Positions 27,519 to 38,105 of a DNA stretch of 64,000 nt are shown piece by piece. The notes below the pieces were generated by a model. The model did not search any database. It was not told the origin of the DNA and saw nothing but the letters and a program-made list of their open reading frames with translations. Numbering within the stretch: the stretch's first letter is position 1; each line of letters begins with the position of its first letter. Source of the stretch: Leptonemataceae bacterium (GTDB lineage Bacteria; Spirochaetota; Leptospiria; Leptospirales; Leptonemataceae); contig OZ245742.1 of assembly GCA_965227295.1 (NCBI GenBank), positions 512,001 to 576,000 on the forward strand, written 5' to 3'. The position numbers were made by a program, and so were the translations under genes.

Positions 27519-28538
27519 ATGTCTTCCGATCAACGGAGTCTCCTCCTGGAAGCCCACGTCGCTTACGAACTGGCGCGTTTTCAGGACGATCGCCTGGCGC
27601 TGCTCTTCGATACCGAAGCCGGCGCACTCTACGATCATGTCGCAAGTGTCAGCGTTCGAAACCTGCTCCCCCGCGACGTTCTGCGACCGGCCATCATCGC
27701 GCGGCTCACCGAAAACCGCGAACCGCCGCCGGAAATCGCGGCCTTCGTACAAACATGCGCCGGGAAACTCTTAGCGTCTCTGGAGCAGCGCACGGAAAGC
27801 GGGGCGGATCTGCTCTCCCGGGAGGCCTACGATCTGCTCGTGGAAGATTTTTCCGGAGACGAGAACCTGCGCAACGCCGCGCTTCACGGCACGCTGAACA
27901 ACGCCGTGTTCTCGCTGCTCATCTCCGAAATCCTCTACACCGGCATCACCGAGTTCATGACCGAGTCCCGCGTGGCGAAGAACCTGCCGGGCATGCAGGC
28001 CATGTTGAAGTTCGGCACGAGCCTGCTCAATCAGGCCGCGCCGGGCCTCACCGAAACCATGGGCAAGTCCATCAAAGAGTTCATCCGCGAAAACGCCGGC
28101 AGCATCGTCCGTAGTTCCGAGGCCGTGTTGCACAAGAGTCTCACGCCGCAAACCATTCGCGAAGCCGCGGACCAGCTCTGGAACGATCTTGCGTCGCGAC
28201 GGGTGAGCGAGACCACGCAGTTTCTTTCGGGCAGCGGCAAGCTGAATCGGTACCGCGCGGCCCTTACGGCCGCCCTCGAGTTCTTTCGCCGCACCGATCT
28301 CTTTCGCGAACACACCGGCCTGCTCATCGATACGTTCTACGAAAGCTACGGGGATGCGCCGCTCGCAAAGTTGATCACGGACGCCGGACTGGACCGCGAA
28401 CGCATTCTGGACGATCTGCGCGAACCATTGCTGCACGGCCTGCGTTCGCTGCGTGACGACGGTTATCTCGAAAGTGTGATTCGCCGCAACTTAAGCGAGT
28501 TCTACGAATCCGAAGCGGCGCGATCCGTTCTGGATTAA
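27519..28538 (+). CDS. Conserved hypothetical helical protein
   Basis: 339-aa ORF with host-like codon usage, converging on the next gene. Confidence 0.7.
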   Translation: MSSDQRSLLLEAHVAYELARFQDDRLALLFDTEAGALYDHVASVSVRNLLPRDVLRPAIIARLTENREPPPEIAAFVQTCAGKLLASLEQRTESGADLLSREAYDLLVEDFSGDENLRNAALHGTLNNAVFSLLISEILYTGITEFMTESRVAKNLPGMQAMLKFGTSLLNQAAPGLTETMGKSIKEFIRENAGSIVRSSEAVLHKSLTPQTIREAADQLWNDLASRRVSETTQFLSGSGKLNRYRAALTAALEFFRRTDLFREHTGLLIDTFYESYGDAPLAKLITDAGLDRERILDDLREPLLHGLRSLRDDGYLESVIRRNLSEFYESEAARSVLD

Positions 28539-29608
28539 CGTCCCCGCCCGAAGGCCGTAACTTCGTTCTTGTTCTCACTGAGCCGCCGCAGAAAAAACTC
28601 GGCCGCGTGTTCCGCGAGCATCGCTTTGAACTTACCCAGCACGGCGTAATCTTCGGCGCCGCGAAACTTAACGGTAACACAAAAGTTCCGGCACCGGCCC
28701 CGGCTTAACCAGCGCTCAAGCAGCGTAAAAATCCGATCCGGAAAGGCGATTACGTCCGAAAGCAACCAGTCCACGGGGCGCTCCGGTTCGAACGCGAAGG
28801 CGTCGCCCTTTACAAAACGCAGCCCCTCGTGCTGCATGAGATCCTTCCGCAACTCGCTCCGGTCCACGGCGATCACGGAAGCGCCGGCCTGCAGGGCCAC
28901 CCAGGTCCAGCCGCCCGGGCTCGCCCCCAGATCCGCGCAAACTTCTCCTGCCTGGATCTTACGGCCGAACTGGAGCTGCGCCTCTTCCAGCTTGCGGTAC
29001 GCCCGGGACGGCGGCACCTTGTTCTCCGGCAGCTCGCACCATCCGGCGAGACACGGCGAAAGATTCATGCGTTGTTCGTGCTCCCGCACGTTCGGAACGA
29101 TCGACAGATAACCGCGGTCTTCGGCAATCAGCACAAGTTGAACCAGACCCTCGCGTTCCGTGAAGGCCGCGTCGGCGGCGTCGGCCGGGCGCAGTTGCTT
29201 CAACAAAGATCGGCGGCGTTTCTTGAGGGTATCGCGCACGGCGGCCTCAATCAACTTCGTGCGCCGGGACCGCCGCGGATAGCCCCCGGCGCCGTAGACG
29301 TGCAGGCGCCAGGGAGATGTGTCTGCCAGCCCGGCGATCAGTCGATCACTAACATCTCGTGCGACAACATTAATCGAGGGAACCGCAAGCTCAGCGGCTT
29401 CCGGCAAACACTGCGAAGCGAAGGCCGCGGGTCCCGGCGCACCGTCCGCTGCGAACAGGTCCGGCGCAAGTTCGCGCGCGGTGCGGGACAGTTCGCTCTG
29501 CAATGCGCCGGCATCGGAATGACTCAAGAAGATGTGCACGAGAATCCAGGGCGCCGGAAATTGAAGGAACTCGCAAGCGGTTTCCACCACGTTCGTGTTG
29601 ACAATCAT
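28535..29608 (-). CDS. rlmM: SAM-dependent rRNA 2'-O-methyltransferase, RlmM-like (start uncertain)
   Basis: PPSRAYRKLEEA, DLGASPGGWT, AVD, DAF.F.P, DWLLSD and V.FR. Confidence 0.65.
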   Translation of the reverse strand: MIVNTNVVETACEFLQFPAPWILVHIFLSHSDAGALQSELSRTARELAPDLFAADGAPGPAAFASQCLPEAAELAVPSINVVARDVSDRLIAGLADTSPWRLHVYGAGGYPRRSRRTKLIEAAVRDTLKKRRRSLLKQLRPADAADAAFTEREGLVQLVLIAEDRGYLSIVPNVREHEQRMNLSPCLAGWCELPENKVPPSRAYRKLEEAQLQFGRKIQAGEVCADLGASPGGWTWVALQAGASVIAVDRSELRKDLMQHEGLRFVKGDAFAFEPERPVDWLLSDVIAFPDRIFTLLERWLSRGRCRNFCVTVKFRGAEDYAVLGKFKAMLAEHAAEFFLRRLSENKNEVTAFGRGR

Positions 29609-29631
29609 CCACAAGCCACGGGAGTTACGAT

Positions 29632-30522
29632 ATGAGCGAAACTCCCTCGAACCCATATTCGGCGCCCGACGCCCCCCTCGACACACCCTCCGGCGGAAAG
29701 AACCGGGGCGGCGCCGACTTTAACATCAGCGAGACCATGCGCCTTGCCTGGGATGCGACCACGACGCACTGGCTCTACGGATCCCTGGCCATGTTTGTGT
29801 TGATGGTTCTCATCGTGTTGGTGTACATCGTCGCGGCCCTGGCAGCCAGCCCGCTGAATCCGTCCTTTACGGAAGAAAGCCTCTACGGCTCCCTCGTTAC
29901 GAACGTGTTGCAGACCATTATGCAGGCGCCGATTTCCATGAGCATCATCTGGGTTTGTTACCTCGCGGTCTTCAGTTATCGCAAAGCCGTCACCACCGAA
30001 TTTTCGGTGGGGGCCATCAGCAAAGGTTTCGAAATGATCGGCGCGGCCGTGTTGATCGTCCTGCTCATTAACTTCGTTTACCTCGTCGTGGCGCTGCCCG
30101 GCGGTATCATCACCGGCATTCTGGCCTACGCCATGCTGGACGGGAATCTGGAAAACCTGGCCAACCCCGCGGGCGACCCTGGCTCCTTCGGTCTCATCTA
30201 TCTCGCCATCTTTATTCTGGTCGGTCTTCCGGCCATTTACGTGGGCTTGCGTCTGCTCTTTTCCATGTACATCTGCGCCGAACGCAACCTGGGCGTCGTG
30301 GATTCGGTGAAAGCCAGTTGGGCGTTGACCGAGGGACGCGTGCTTCAAATGTTCCTGTACTATCTGCTCATCGCAGTGCTTTTTATCGTCGCTTCGCCGC
30401 TGCTCGCCATCGGCATCCTCCTTACGTGCGGCCTCGGCATTCTGCCCCTCACGTTTCTGACGGGCAATCTCACGGCGGCGCTTTATTACAACCTCAGCCG
30501 CGGCGGGAGCGAGAAATATTAA
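29632..30522 (+). CDS. Integral membrane protein (DUF975/YciC-like)
   Basis: NPYSAP N-terminus, DSVKASWALTEG, LLTCGLGIL, and 5-6 TM segments. Confidence 0.75.
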   Translation: MSETPSNPYSAPDAPLDTPSGGKNRGGADFNISETMRLAWDATTTHWLYGSLAMFVLMVLIVLVYIVAALAASPLNPSFTEESLYGSLVTNVLQTIMQAPISMSIIWVCYLAVFSYRKAVTTEFSVGAISKGFEMIGAAVLIVLLINFVYLVVALPGGIITGILAYAMLDGNLENLANPAGDPGSFGLIYLAIFILVGLPAIYVGLRLLFSMYICAERNLGVVDSVKASWALTEGRVLQMFLYYLLIAVLFIVASPLLAIGILLTCGLGILPLTFLTGNLTAALYYNLSRGGSEKY

Positions 30523-31328
30523 CGTACACTCAGTACATCTTTAAGGATCGCCCGCGTTATGTCCTTGCGCGCGGCGGCGAATTTCTCGAACTCTACAGCT
30601 TCCACCGGCGCCGCAATGTTCAACGCGAACAGCACGGCGCCGGACTTCGTTTCCACCCAGCCGACCCACCAGCCGATCCAACCGCCGTCCTGTTTCGTAA
30701 GACCGGTCTTCGCATGCCAGGTACGATCGCCGTCTTGCTCCACGATCATCATCTCGCGCACGATCGCCTGACTGCGTTCCGAAAACGGCAGCGTGCCGCG
30801 ACGCAGCTTGCGCAAAAAATCCAACTGTTCTTCCGGTGAAATGCGAAAGTCCCCGCGCAACCAGAACTGATCGATGCCCGCCCTGAGGGCATCGTTACCG
30901 TACTTCGCCCGCCGCAAATGTTCCAGCATGCGCTCTTCCCCGATACGCCGCGCGATCTCCTGATAGTACCACACCGTGGAATCGCGCATGGCCGTGTGCA
31001 ACGTATGATCGCGGTTCCAGGCCTCGTACTCGCGGCGCACGCCGTCCCAGGCAATCTTAAAGTCGGCGCTCTCCGCAACGCCGGTATCGAGGGCAATGAG
31101 GGCGTTCATGACCTTGAACGTGGACGCGGGCAGGTATCCCTGCCGGCAATGATCGGCGTTGTAGTGATGTTTCTTTTGTGAACGCGTGTCGTAGAGGGTG
31201 ATGCAGCCGCGAACGTTGCGCGAAGTGAAGTGTTCTTCCCAGGCGGGATGATCACTGGAGGCTGGAGTGCAGGTTGTCAGGACGATGCAGATCGAAACAA
31301 AAATGAACGTGGAAAGACGAAAACGCAT
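30519..31328 (-). CDS. blaOXA: Class D (OXA-type) beta-lactamase
   Basis: PASTFK, S-T-V, YGN, DQFWL and KTG motifs, with an N-terminal signal ending LTTC. Confidence 0.85.
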   Translation of the reverse strand: MRFRLSTFIFVSICIVLTTCTPASSDHPAWEEHFTSRNVRGCITLYDTRSQKKHHYNADHCRQGYLPASTFKVMNALIALDTGVAESADFKIAWDGVRREYEAWNRDHTLHTAMRDSTVWYYQEIARRIGEERMLEHLRRAKYGNDALRAGIDQFWLRGDFRISPEEQLDFLRKLRRGTLPFSERSQAIVREMMIVEQDGDRTWHAKTGLTKQDGGWIGWWVGWVETKSGAVLFALNIAAPVEAVEFEKFAAARKDITRAILKDVLSVR

Positions 31329-31427
31329 GCGCTAAGAAATTTCATTGGGATGCATCGTCGAGCGAATTCAGTGCGCCAGAAACCCGCTTGACTCATCACC
31401 CCGCCGCATCTAAACTTCGCCTGCCCC

Positions 31428-32600
31428 ATGCATCCCGACATCAGCATTCGCAGCTTCCCCGACGATCCCCATCCCCCTGTCGAAGTGGCCTGGTTCTCCG
31501 ATCTCTGCAACGGCGACTATGAATTCCTCGGCGTGCCCGACGGCGACCTCCGCTCGTCCTTCGAGCACTGTCGGGACATTGTAACCACCGCCGATCGTCT
31601 GGGTTACGAAAACATCTTATTGCCGTCTTCGTATCAAGTGGGCCAGGACGTTACGGCCTTCGCGTCCGCCGTCGGTCCCATGACGCAACAAATCTCGCTG
31701 CTTACGGCGTTGCGCATGGGCGAGAATCATCCGCCCATGCTCGCGCGCTCCATCTCCACGCTGGATCACATCCTGAAAGGTCGGCTTACGGTCAACATCA
31801 TCTCCTCCGATCTCCCGGGCACTAAGGTTTCTTCAGAAGAACGTTACGCACGGTCCCGCGAGGTCATTCAGATCCTGCTCCAGGCCTGGGAACCCGGTCG
31901 CGAACGCATTCAGTTCAAAGGCGACTTCTACGACATCGATCTGCCCACGGATCCGGTGAAGCCCTACCAGCAAAACGGCGGCCCGCTCCTGTACTTCGGC
32001 GGCATCAGCGAGCCGGCCAGGGAACTCTGCGCCGAGTTCTGCGACGTCTTTTTGATGTGGCCGGAAACGGAAGATCGCATCGCCGACACCATGAAGGACA
32101 TGTCCGCCCGCGCCGCGAAGTACGGGCGCAAAATCGACTTCGGCTATCGAGTGCACATGATCGTTCGCGACACCGAAGAAGAAGCGCGGGCCTGCGCACG
32201 GCGCCTGGTCTCCAAACTCGACGCCGGCCGCGGCGAAGAGATCAAGCACCGTTCCCTGGACTCGAAGTCCGCCGGCGTCATGCGCCAGGACGCCCTGCGC
32301 GAAACCGCCGACGCCGAGGGATACATCGAACCGCATCTCTGGAGCGGCATCGGTCAGGCGCGTTCCGGCTGCGGCAGCGCCATCGTCGGCGATCCGGAGC
32401 AGGTGCGCGCGAAGTTGCAACGCTACATCGATCTGGGCTGCCGCGCCTTCATACTTTCGGGCTATCCCTTAATCGAGGAATGCGAACACTTTGCGAAGCA
32501 CGTCCTGCCGCACATGCAAACGGTCCGTCTCGCGAAGGCCCAGGGTCGCCTGCCGGAGTCGGAGCCGGTCACGCCGCTGACCACCGGAGAACGCAAATGA
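31428..32600 (+). CDS. smoC: LLM-class flavin-dependent monooxygenase, sulfoquinovose monooxygenase (SmoC/SquD)-like
   Basis: [57 protein letters not shown] and TPL..GER match my recollection of Agrobacterium SmoC. Confidence 0.7.
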   Translation: MHPDISIRSFPDDPHPPVEVAWFSDLCNGDYEFLGVPDGDLRSSFEHCRDIVTTADRLGYENILLPSSYQVGQDVTAFASAVGPMTQQISLLTALRMGENHPPMLARSISTLDHILKGRLTVNIISSDLPGTKVSSEERYARSREVIQILLQAWEPGRERIQFKGDFYDIDLPTDPVKPYQQNGGPLLYFGGISEPARELCAEFCDVFLMWPETEDRIADTMKDMSARAAKYGRKIDFGYRVHMIVRDTEEEARACARRLVSKLDAGRGEEIKHRSLDSKSAGVMRQDALRETADAEGYIEPHLWSGIGQARSGCGSAIVGDPEQVRAKLQRYIDLGCRAFILSGYPLIEECEHFAKHVLPHMQTVRLAKAQGRLPESEPVTPLTTGERK

Positions 32601-33523
32601 GCAAGAGTATTCCCCGCATACAAATGTCCGGCAGCGCCGGCGGCCCCGAGGTCTCACGCTTAGCTTACGGTGTGTGGCGGTTAACGGAGGACCCCGACGG
32701 CCACACACCGGCCCGTGTCCTTGCAAAGATCGACGCCTGCCTCGAAGCCGGCATCACCACCTTCGATCACGCCGACATCTACGGCGGCTACGCCTGCGAA
32801 GAAGCCTTCGGACGCGCCGTCAGAGAACGCCCGGAGCTGAAAGACCAAATCGAAATCATAACGAAGTGCGGCATCATGCTGGTCGACCCCGCGCGGCCGC
32901 ACAACCGCATCAAACACTACAACCTCACTTCGAAGCACATCATCGAAAGCGCCGATCGTTCGTTGCAGAACATCGGCGTGGACACTCTGGACGTGTTGCT
33001 GCTGCACCGCCCGTCCCCCATGATGGACCCGGACGCGGCGGCCTCGGCGTTCACGATCCTCAAACAACAGGGCAAGATCCAACACGCCGGCGTTTCGAAC
33101 TTCACGCCGGCGCAGTTTGCAGTGTTACAATCGCGCCTGGACTTCCCCCTCGTTACAAACCAAATCGAAATCCATCTGCTGCGCCTGGACCCGTTCCTGG
33201 ACGGCAGCCTGGATCAGTGCCAGGAGTATCGCATCGCGCCCATGGCCTGGAGCCCCACCGGCGGCGGGCGCGTGTTTACCGGCACGGGAGTACGCGAGAT
33301 TCGCGTGCGTAACATGCTGGAAGGCCTGGCAAATAAATACAATGCGCGTCCTGATCAAATTCTGTACGCCTGGTTGCACAAACATCCTGCGAACATCGTG
33401 ACGGTGCTCGGGACGAACAACGTGGAGCGCATCCGATCCGCGGCCGGCAGCTTCGGCGTGGACCTGGAGTTGCAGGATTGGTTCGAATTATGGAGCGCGA
33501 GCACCGGCGAAGAGGTGCCGTGA
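32597..33523 (+). CDS. smoB: Aldo/keto reductase (YdhF/SmoB-like; possible 6-oxo-glucose reductase)
   Basis: [37 protein letters not shown] and PMAWSP. ATGA overlap with the monooxygenase. The AKR call is strong; the smoB call depends on context. Confidence 0.65.
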   Translation: MSKSIPRIQMSGSAGGPEVSRLAYGVWRLTEDPDGHTPARVLAKIDACLEAGITTFDHADIYGGYACEEAFGRAVRERPELKDQIEIITKCGIMLVDPARPHNRIKHYNLTSKHIIESADRSLQNIGVDTLDVLLLHRPSPMMDPDAAASAFTILKQQGKIQHAGVSNFTPAQFAVLQSRLDFPLVTNQIEIHLLRLDPFLDGSLDQCQEYRIAPMAWSPTGGGRVFTGTGVREIRVRNMLEGLANKYNARPDQILYAWLHKHPANIVTVLGTNNVERIRSAAGSFGVDLELQDWFELWSASTGEEVP

Positions 33524-33533
33524 GTCATTTATC

Positions 33534-33941
33534 ATGGCCGGTTACTCAGGCACACCGCTCGTTAAGAAGCTCGGCATCAAGGCCGGCACGTCTGTCTACA
33601 TCAAAAACGCGCCGGTCGATTACGCGACACTCGTCCCCGGAATCCCCGCGGACACCGTCATCGCGGCGCGCCTTAAGAAAGGTCTCGACTTCGCGCACGT
33701 CTTCTTCAAGAAACGCGCGGAGCTCGACGCGTTCTTAAAGAAGGCGCGCGCTTCGATCGCCGTGGACGGCTGTGTGTGGGTTTCCTGGCCGAAGAAAGCG
33801 TCCGGCGTAACGACGGACATCACCGAAGACGTGATCCGCGAGCTGGCGTTGCCGCTGGATTTCGTGGACGTGAAAGTCTGCGCGGTGGATGAAACGTGGT
33901 CCGGGCTGAAGCTGATGATTCGCAAGGAGAAGCGAATGTAA
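33534..33941 (+). CDS. DUF3052-domain protein
   Basis: GYSGTPLVKKLGIK, WVSWPKKAS and VDVKVCAVDETWSGLK. Confidence 0.85.
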   Translation: MAGYSGTPLVKKLGIKAGTSVYIKNAPVDYATLVPGIPADTVIAARLKKGLDFAHVFFKKRAELDAFLKKARASIAVDGCVWVSWPKKASGVTTDITEDVIRELALPLDFVDVKVCAVDETWSGLKLMIRKEKRM

Positions 33942-34042
33942 TTGACAGAATTCCACGATCCTCTAAGGCACAGCATCTGCGGCGGTGCAGATTTTTGAAG
34001 AGGCCGTTCCTTGTTCCGGGCAGCCTCTCATCCTCCTGTGAC

Positions 34043-34726
34043 CTATCTTTCACCAAACTCCTTCGCCGACGCGCTCTCCCGACTCACAATCGCCGGCGCC
34101 TCGTGAATCAATTCGTCGTTCGTCAGCGCCTCCACCATAAACAAAGCAAAGTCCACCCGCCGCGTGATGTTGCTCTTCAACACGGGGTCCTGCACATGCC
34201 GCGACCAAAGCGGCAAGCCCTGAGACGGCCCCTCCTCGAGATCACTGCCGCGCACCACGGTCCAGCGCGTGTCGCTTGCGAAAATGCGCCGGCACGCTTC
34301 CACCTGATCGTCGATCTCCACGAGCCTTAACATCTTCACAATCGCACCTACCACGGCCAGCGTCGCCCGAAACAGCCGGGAGTACTCGTCCTTGCCGTCC
34401 TTCGAAATGTGCCAGCCGCAGGAAAAGATCAAGCGCGCGTCGGGCTTCGCGAAGTCGAGCACCGCCTGGGCCGTGCCGGAAGAATACTGCTGCACGCCCC
34501 AGGGCACCAGCACCGTAAGCACGCCGGCGCAACCGTCGACGGCTTCGCGAATCACTTCGCGATCATTGGTCTTGCCGGGCACGATCGTCATGCGATCGGC
34601 AAACTCTTCGAGCTTCGGCACACTCTTTTCGCGGCACACGCCCACGACCTCGTAACCGCGATCCAGGCAGTGTTGGATCATGTAACGCCCGAGTTTTCCG
34701 GAAGCGCCGACAATGCAAACTTTCAT
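34043..34726 (-). CDS. NAD(P)-dependent oxidoreductase (atypical SDR/flavin reductase-like)
   Basis: MKVCIVGASGKLG Rossmann motif, WTVVR and RVDFALFM. The upstream in-frame extension lies in repeat DNA. Confidence 0.85.
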   Translation of the reverse strand: MKVCIVGASGKLGRYMIQHCLDRGYEVVGVCREKSVPKLEEFADRMTIVPGKTNDREVIREAVDGCAGVLTVLVPWGVQQYSSGTAQAVLDFAKPDARLIFSCGWHISKDGKDEYSRLFRATLAVVGAIVKMLRLVEIDDQVEACRRIFASDTRWTVVRGSDLEEGPSQGLPLWSRHVQDPVLKSNITRRVDFALFMVEALTNDELIHEAPAIVSRESASAKEFGER

Positions 34727-34782
34727 ACAAGAAGCAACTGTGCGCGGCATCACACGGTCAAGAGATTCCCGTGCAAGAACAG

Positions 34783-35981
34783 GAATAGAGCGGGGCTCCG
34801 GAGCGCACCTTCGCTTGCCGTATCTTAAAATCAGGACGCCGTTCCGGTGCGCGCCCCACCTTTCCCCGGCACAACCTCCGTGGGTGGGGAACATCTGCCG
34901 CGGCCACGACAAGCGTGGCCTTGCCCCTGGAACCAGCCGTGACCATAAAAGGCTAATGTACACTGGCCGACACTTACACCACGATTCAGAGCGTGCTCGA
35001 ACGAACAAAACTTCCCGGTAGTTCAAGAGCCGCGGTTCGAGGCGGTTGCCGCAAGAAACATGAAGTAAACTGCGCAACCGTGAAGGGCCTTTTTGGGCTA
35101 CGGCTCTACGGAGTTGTGGTATGTCGTTTTGCAAAGAACGCGGGATTCGACCCGGACGTCGGTTGTGCGACTCAGCTATCGCGAATCCGCACCCGCTCCG
35201 CCCCGCGGATAGAGCGGGGCTCCGGGGTGCGGATTCGCTTGATGTGCACTTTCAATTTTTGAGGCTCAGACACCGGGAACATACCGTACCGTTTCTCACG
35301 GTGGAGACGCCGTTCCGGTGCGCCTTACCACATTCCCCGGCATAACCTCCGTTCATCTGCTGGAACCAGCCGTACCCATAAAAGGCTTAATGCACACTGG
35401 CCGCCACTTACACCACGACTCGGGGCATGCTCGAACGAATAAAGCTTTCCGGTAATCCAGGAGCCGCGGTTCGCTACCGTCGTCGTGAGAAACAGGAAGT
35501 AAGTTGCGCAACGGTAAAGGGATTTGTATGGCTACGGCTTTGCGGGAGTTGTGGATTTTCGTTTTGTTAAGATGGTCCGCTTCGACCCGGACGTCGGTTT
35601 GTGACTCAGCTATCGCGAATCCGCACCCGCTCCGCCCCGCGAATAGAGCGGGGCTCCGGAGCGCACCTTCGCTTGCCGTATCTTAAAATCAAGACGCCGT
35701 TCCGGTGCGCCTTACCACGCTCCCCGGTGCTGGAACCAGCCGTACCCAAAAAAGGCTTAATGTAAACTGGCCGCCACTTACACCACGATTCGGGGCATGC
35801 TCGAACGAATAAAGCTTTCCGGTAATCCAGGAGCCGCGGTTCGTAACGGTTGCTGCAAGAAACATGAAGTAAGTTGCGCAACGGTAAAGGGATTTGTATG
35901 GCTACGGCTTTGCGGGAGTTGTGGAATTTCGTTTTGCAAAGAACGCCGACTTCGACCCGGACGTCGGATTGCGGCTCAGCT
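34783..35981. repeat. Three degenerate tandem copies of a ~340-434-bp non-coding unit
   Basis: Units start at g(a/g)atagagcggggctccgg at 34783, 35207 and 35641. Shared blocks include ctggaaccagccgt, cacttacaccacga, gagccgcggttcg, ttcgacccggacgtcgg and ctcagct. Confidence 0.9.
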
Positions 35982-36026
35982 CCGTATTCCACTTGCCGTG
36001 CGCGAACGGAATTCCGTCAATGATCC

Positions 36027-36242
36027 GTGACGTCCGACTATCGCATCCAGATCGGCTTCGCCGGGGAACATCGCGCGACCGCCGCACGCCTGTACGCGGA
36101 GGCGTTTCGGGGTAAATTCGCCAACGTCCTCGGCGACGTCGACGCAGTCGCATGGCCGTTCCGACGACTCGTCGGCGTGAGCGGAGTCACCACGATGATC
36201 AAGCAACTACAGAATAAAGTCGGACAAAAACACTTTCCATAA
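36027..36242 (+). pseudogene. Possible N-terminal fragment of a GNAT acetyltransferase
   Basis: IQIGFAGEHRATAARLYAEAFRGKF resembles GNAT N-termini, but the ORF ends at 71 aa without an acetyl-CoA motif. Confidence 0.3.
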
Positions 36243-36269
36243 TAACACACCAACATAGACTTCCGCAGA

Positions 36270-38066
36270 ATGTTCGCCACGCTGGATCTCGCTATCTTCG
36301 TCCTCTTCCTCGCCCTCGTCATGGCCGTGGGTCTCATCGCCGGGCGGCGGGAGGATTCCAGCGAGGACTACTTCCTGGCCGGCCGCTCCATCCCCTGGTG
36401 GGGCGTCGCGGGCTCCATCTTCGGCACGAACGTCAGCGCGAATCACATCGTCGGCATGATGGGCATCGGCTTTTCCATCGGCTTCGCGCAAACGCACTTC
36501 GAAATCGGCGCGGTACTTGCGCTTTTGATTCTCGCGTACATCTTTTTGCCGGTTTACCTGAACCTGCGCATCTTTACGCTCAGCGAATACCTCGGCAAAC
36601 GCTACGGCCAGACGGCTTCGTTGCTCTACACGATCATCCTCATCGTACTCATCCTCGTACAAATGACGGCGGCTTTTTACATCGGCTCTCGCTCGCTCAT
36701 CTTACTGCTCCAGGGAACCATGATCGAACCGTCCTACATCGGCGGCGTGTGGATCCTGGTCTTCATCACCAGCGCGTATACGATCTTCGGCGGACTCAAG
36801 GCCGTGGTCTGGACCGACGTCATCCAATCGGCGTTGTTGCTCATCGCCGGGATCATCGTGGCGGTGCTGACGTTCGCGCAGCCGGAGGTCGGCGGCTGGA
36901 GCGGCATGATGGCGGCGGACGCCGCCCGCCCCGCCGCCGAACAAAAGATGCATCTGTATCTGCCGTCGGATCATCCGGAACTGCCCTGGACCGGCGCGCT
37001 CACCGGGCTGTTGTTTCTGCACGTCTTCTTCTGGGGAACGAACCAGTACCTCGTCCAGCGGGCTCTCGCGGCGAAGAGCGTCGCCGAAGCCCGCGTGGGC
37101 ATCTTCACCGGCGGTTTCCTTAAGTTACTCGTACCGTTCTTTAGCATAGCCGGTGGAATCGCCGCGGCGCAGTTGTTTACACAACGCCTGGACGTCCTCC
37201 CCGATCCGGACGAAACCTTCCCCGTCCTCGTAAGCCTCGTCATACCCCAGGGCTACGGTATCGTCGGCATCGTGCTCGCCGGTTTGATGGGCGCCATCAT
37301 CTCCACCATCGACTCCATGATGAACTCCGCGGCCACGTTGACGACCATCGACATCTACAAACGTTACTTCAATCCGAACGCCGACGACACGAAGATGATC
37401 CTCGTCGGCCGGCTGACCATCGCAGCCATCGTCCTCGCGGCGGCCCTGGCGGCGATCACGACCTACGATCCGAGCTCCAACGACAACTTCTTCCTGGCAG
37501 TGTCGGCGCAATCATCCTACTTCACGCCGGGCCTCGTGGCGGCTTTCGTACTGGGCATGTTCTATCGCGGAGCGCGCCCCACCGGCGCCGTCGCGGCCAT
37601 CGTGGCCACGCCCTTCGTGTCCGTCGGCATCCAGTTCTTCTACAATCATGTACTCGCCGAAACGGCGTTGTCGACTTACCTCGGCGCGGAGCTGAACTTC
37701 ATGCACCGCGTCGCCTTCGTAACCGTTGCCATGCTTCTGTTACACGTCGTCGTGAGCGCCTTCGAAACCAGGCAGCAAGAACGCGAACAGTATCTCTGGA
37801 TCGAAGCCACCGACGCCACCGCGGCCGGTATGCGCCGCATCCTCACGGGCTTCGGCGTCTTTTTGATCTTTCACATCGTCCTGGCCACGTTAATGGTAAA
37901 CGAGGCCGTCGTCTCGTCCGTAGCCGCCTGGATCAGCGCCGTGTTTACGCTGTCCCTCTTCATCGTAAACATGCGCCGTTCTCCGGCGGATTTCTACCGC
38001 GACGATCGTTTCTTCGCGGGCCTGTTATCCGCGGGGGCCATGTTTATCATGTTCTATTTTTACTAA
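36270..38066 (+). CDS. Sodium:solute symporter (SSS/SLC5, sugar/inositol-type)
   Basis: EDYFLAGRS, YTIFGGLKAVVWTDVIQ, NQYLVQRALAAKS and DSMMNSAATLTTIDIY. Confidence 0.92.
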   Translation: MFATLDLAIFVLFLALVMAVGLIAGRREDSSEDYFLAGRSIPWWGVAGSIFGTNVSANHIVGMMGIGFSIGFAQTHFEIGAVLALLILAYIFLPVYLNLRIFTLSEYLGKRYGQTASLLYTIILIVLILVQMTAAFYIGSRSLILLLQGTMIEPSYIGGVWILVFITSAYTIFGGLKAVVWTDVIQSALLLIAGIIVAVLTFAQPEVGGWSGMMAADAARPAAEQKMHLYLPSDHPELPWTGALTGLLFLHVFFWGTNQYLVQRALAAKSVAEARVGIFTGGFLKLLVPFFSIAGGIAAAQLFTQRLDVLPDPDETFPVLVSLVIPQGYGIVGIVLAGLMGAIISTIDSMMNSAATLTTIDIYKRYFNPNADDTKMILVGRLTIAAIVLAAALAAITTYDPSSNDNFFLAVSAQSSYFTPGLVAAFVLGMFYRGARPTGAVAAIVATPFVSVGIQFFYNHVLAETALSTYLGAELNFMHRVAFVTVAMLLLHVVVSAFETRQQEREQYLWIEATDATAAGMRRILTGFGVFLIFHIVLATLMVNEAVVSSVAAWISAVFTLSLFIVNMRRSPADFYRDDRFFAGLLSAGAMFIMFYFY

Positions 38067-38105
38067 TATGATGTGATGTGAATGTGCCCGGGCATGCCGT
38101 GTGAC

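Noticed and set aside
32057-32596. N-terminal extension of the 488-aa ORF
   Set aside because: It is an alternative frame of the monooxygenase; the AKR starts at ATG 32597.
34727-35134. N-terminal extension of the 363-aa track ORF
   Set aside because: It lies in repeat DNA; the Rossmann motif begins at MKVCIVG (34726).
34783-35981. CRISPR array or tRNA cluster (TTCGA motifs, periodicity)
   Set aside because: The units are ~400 bp and homologous along their length, with no short repeat/unique spacer pattern, no cas genes and no cloverleaf.
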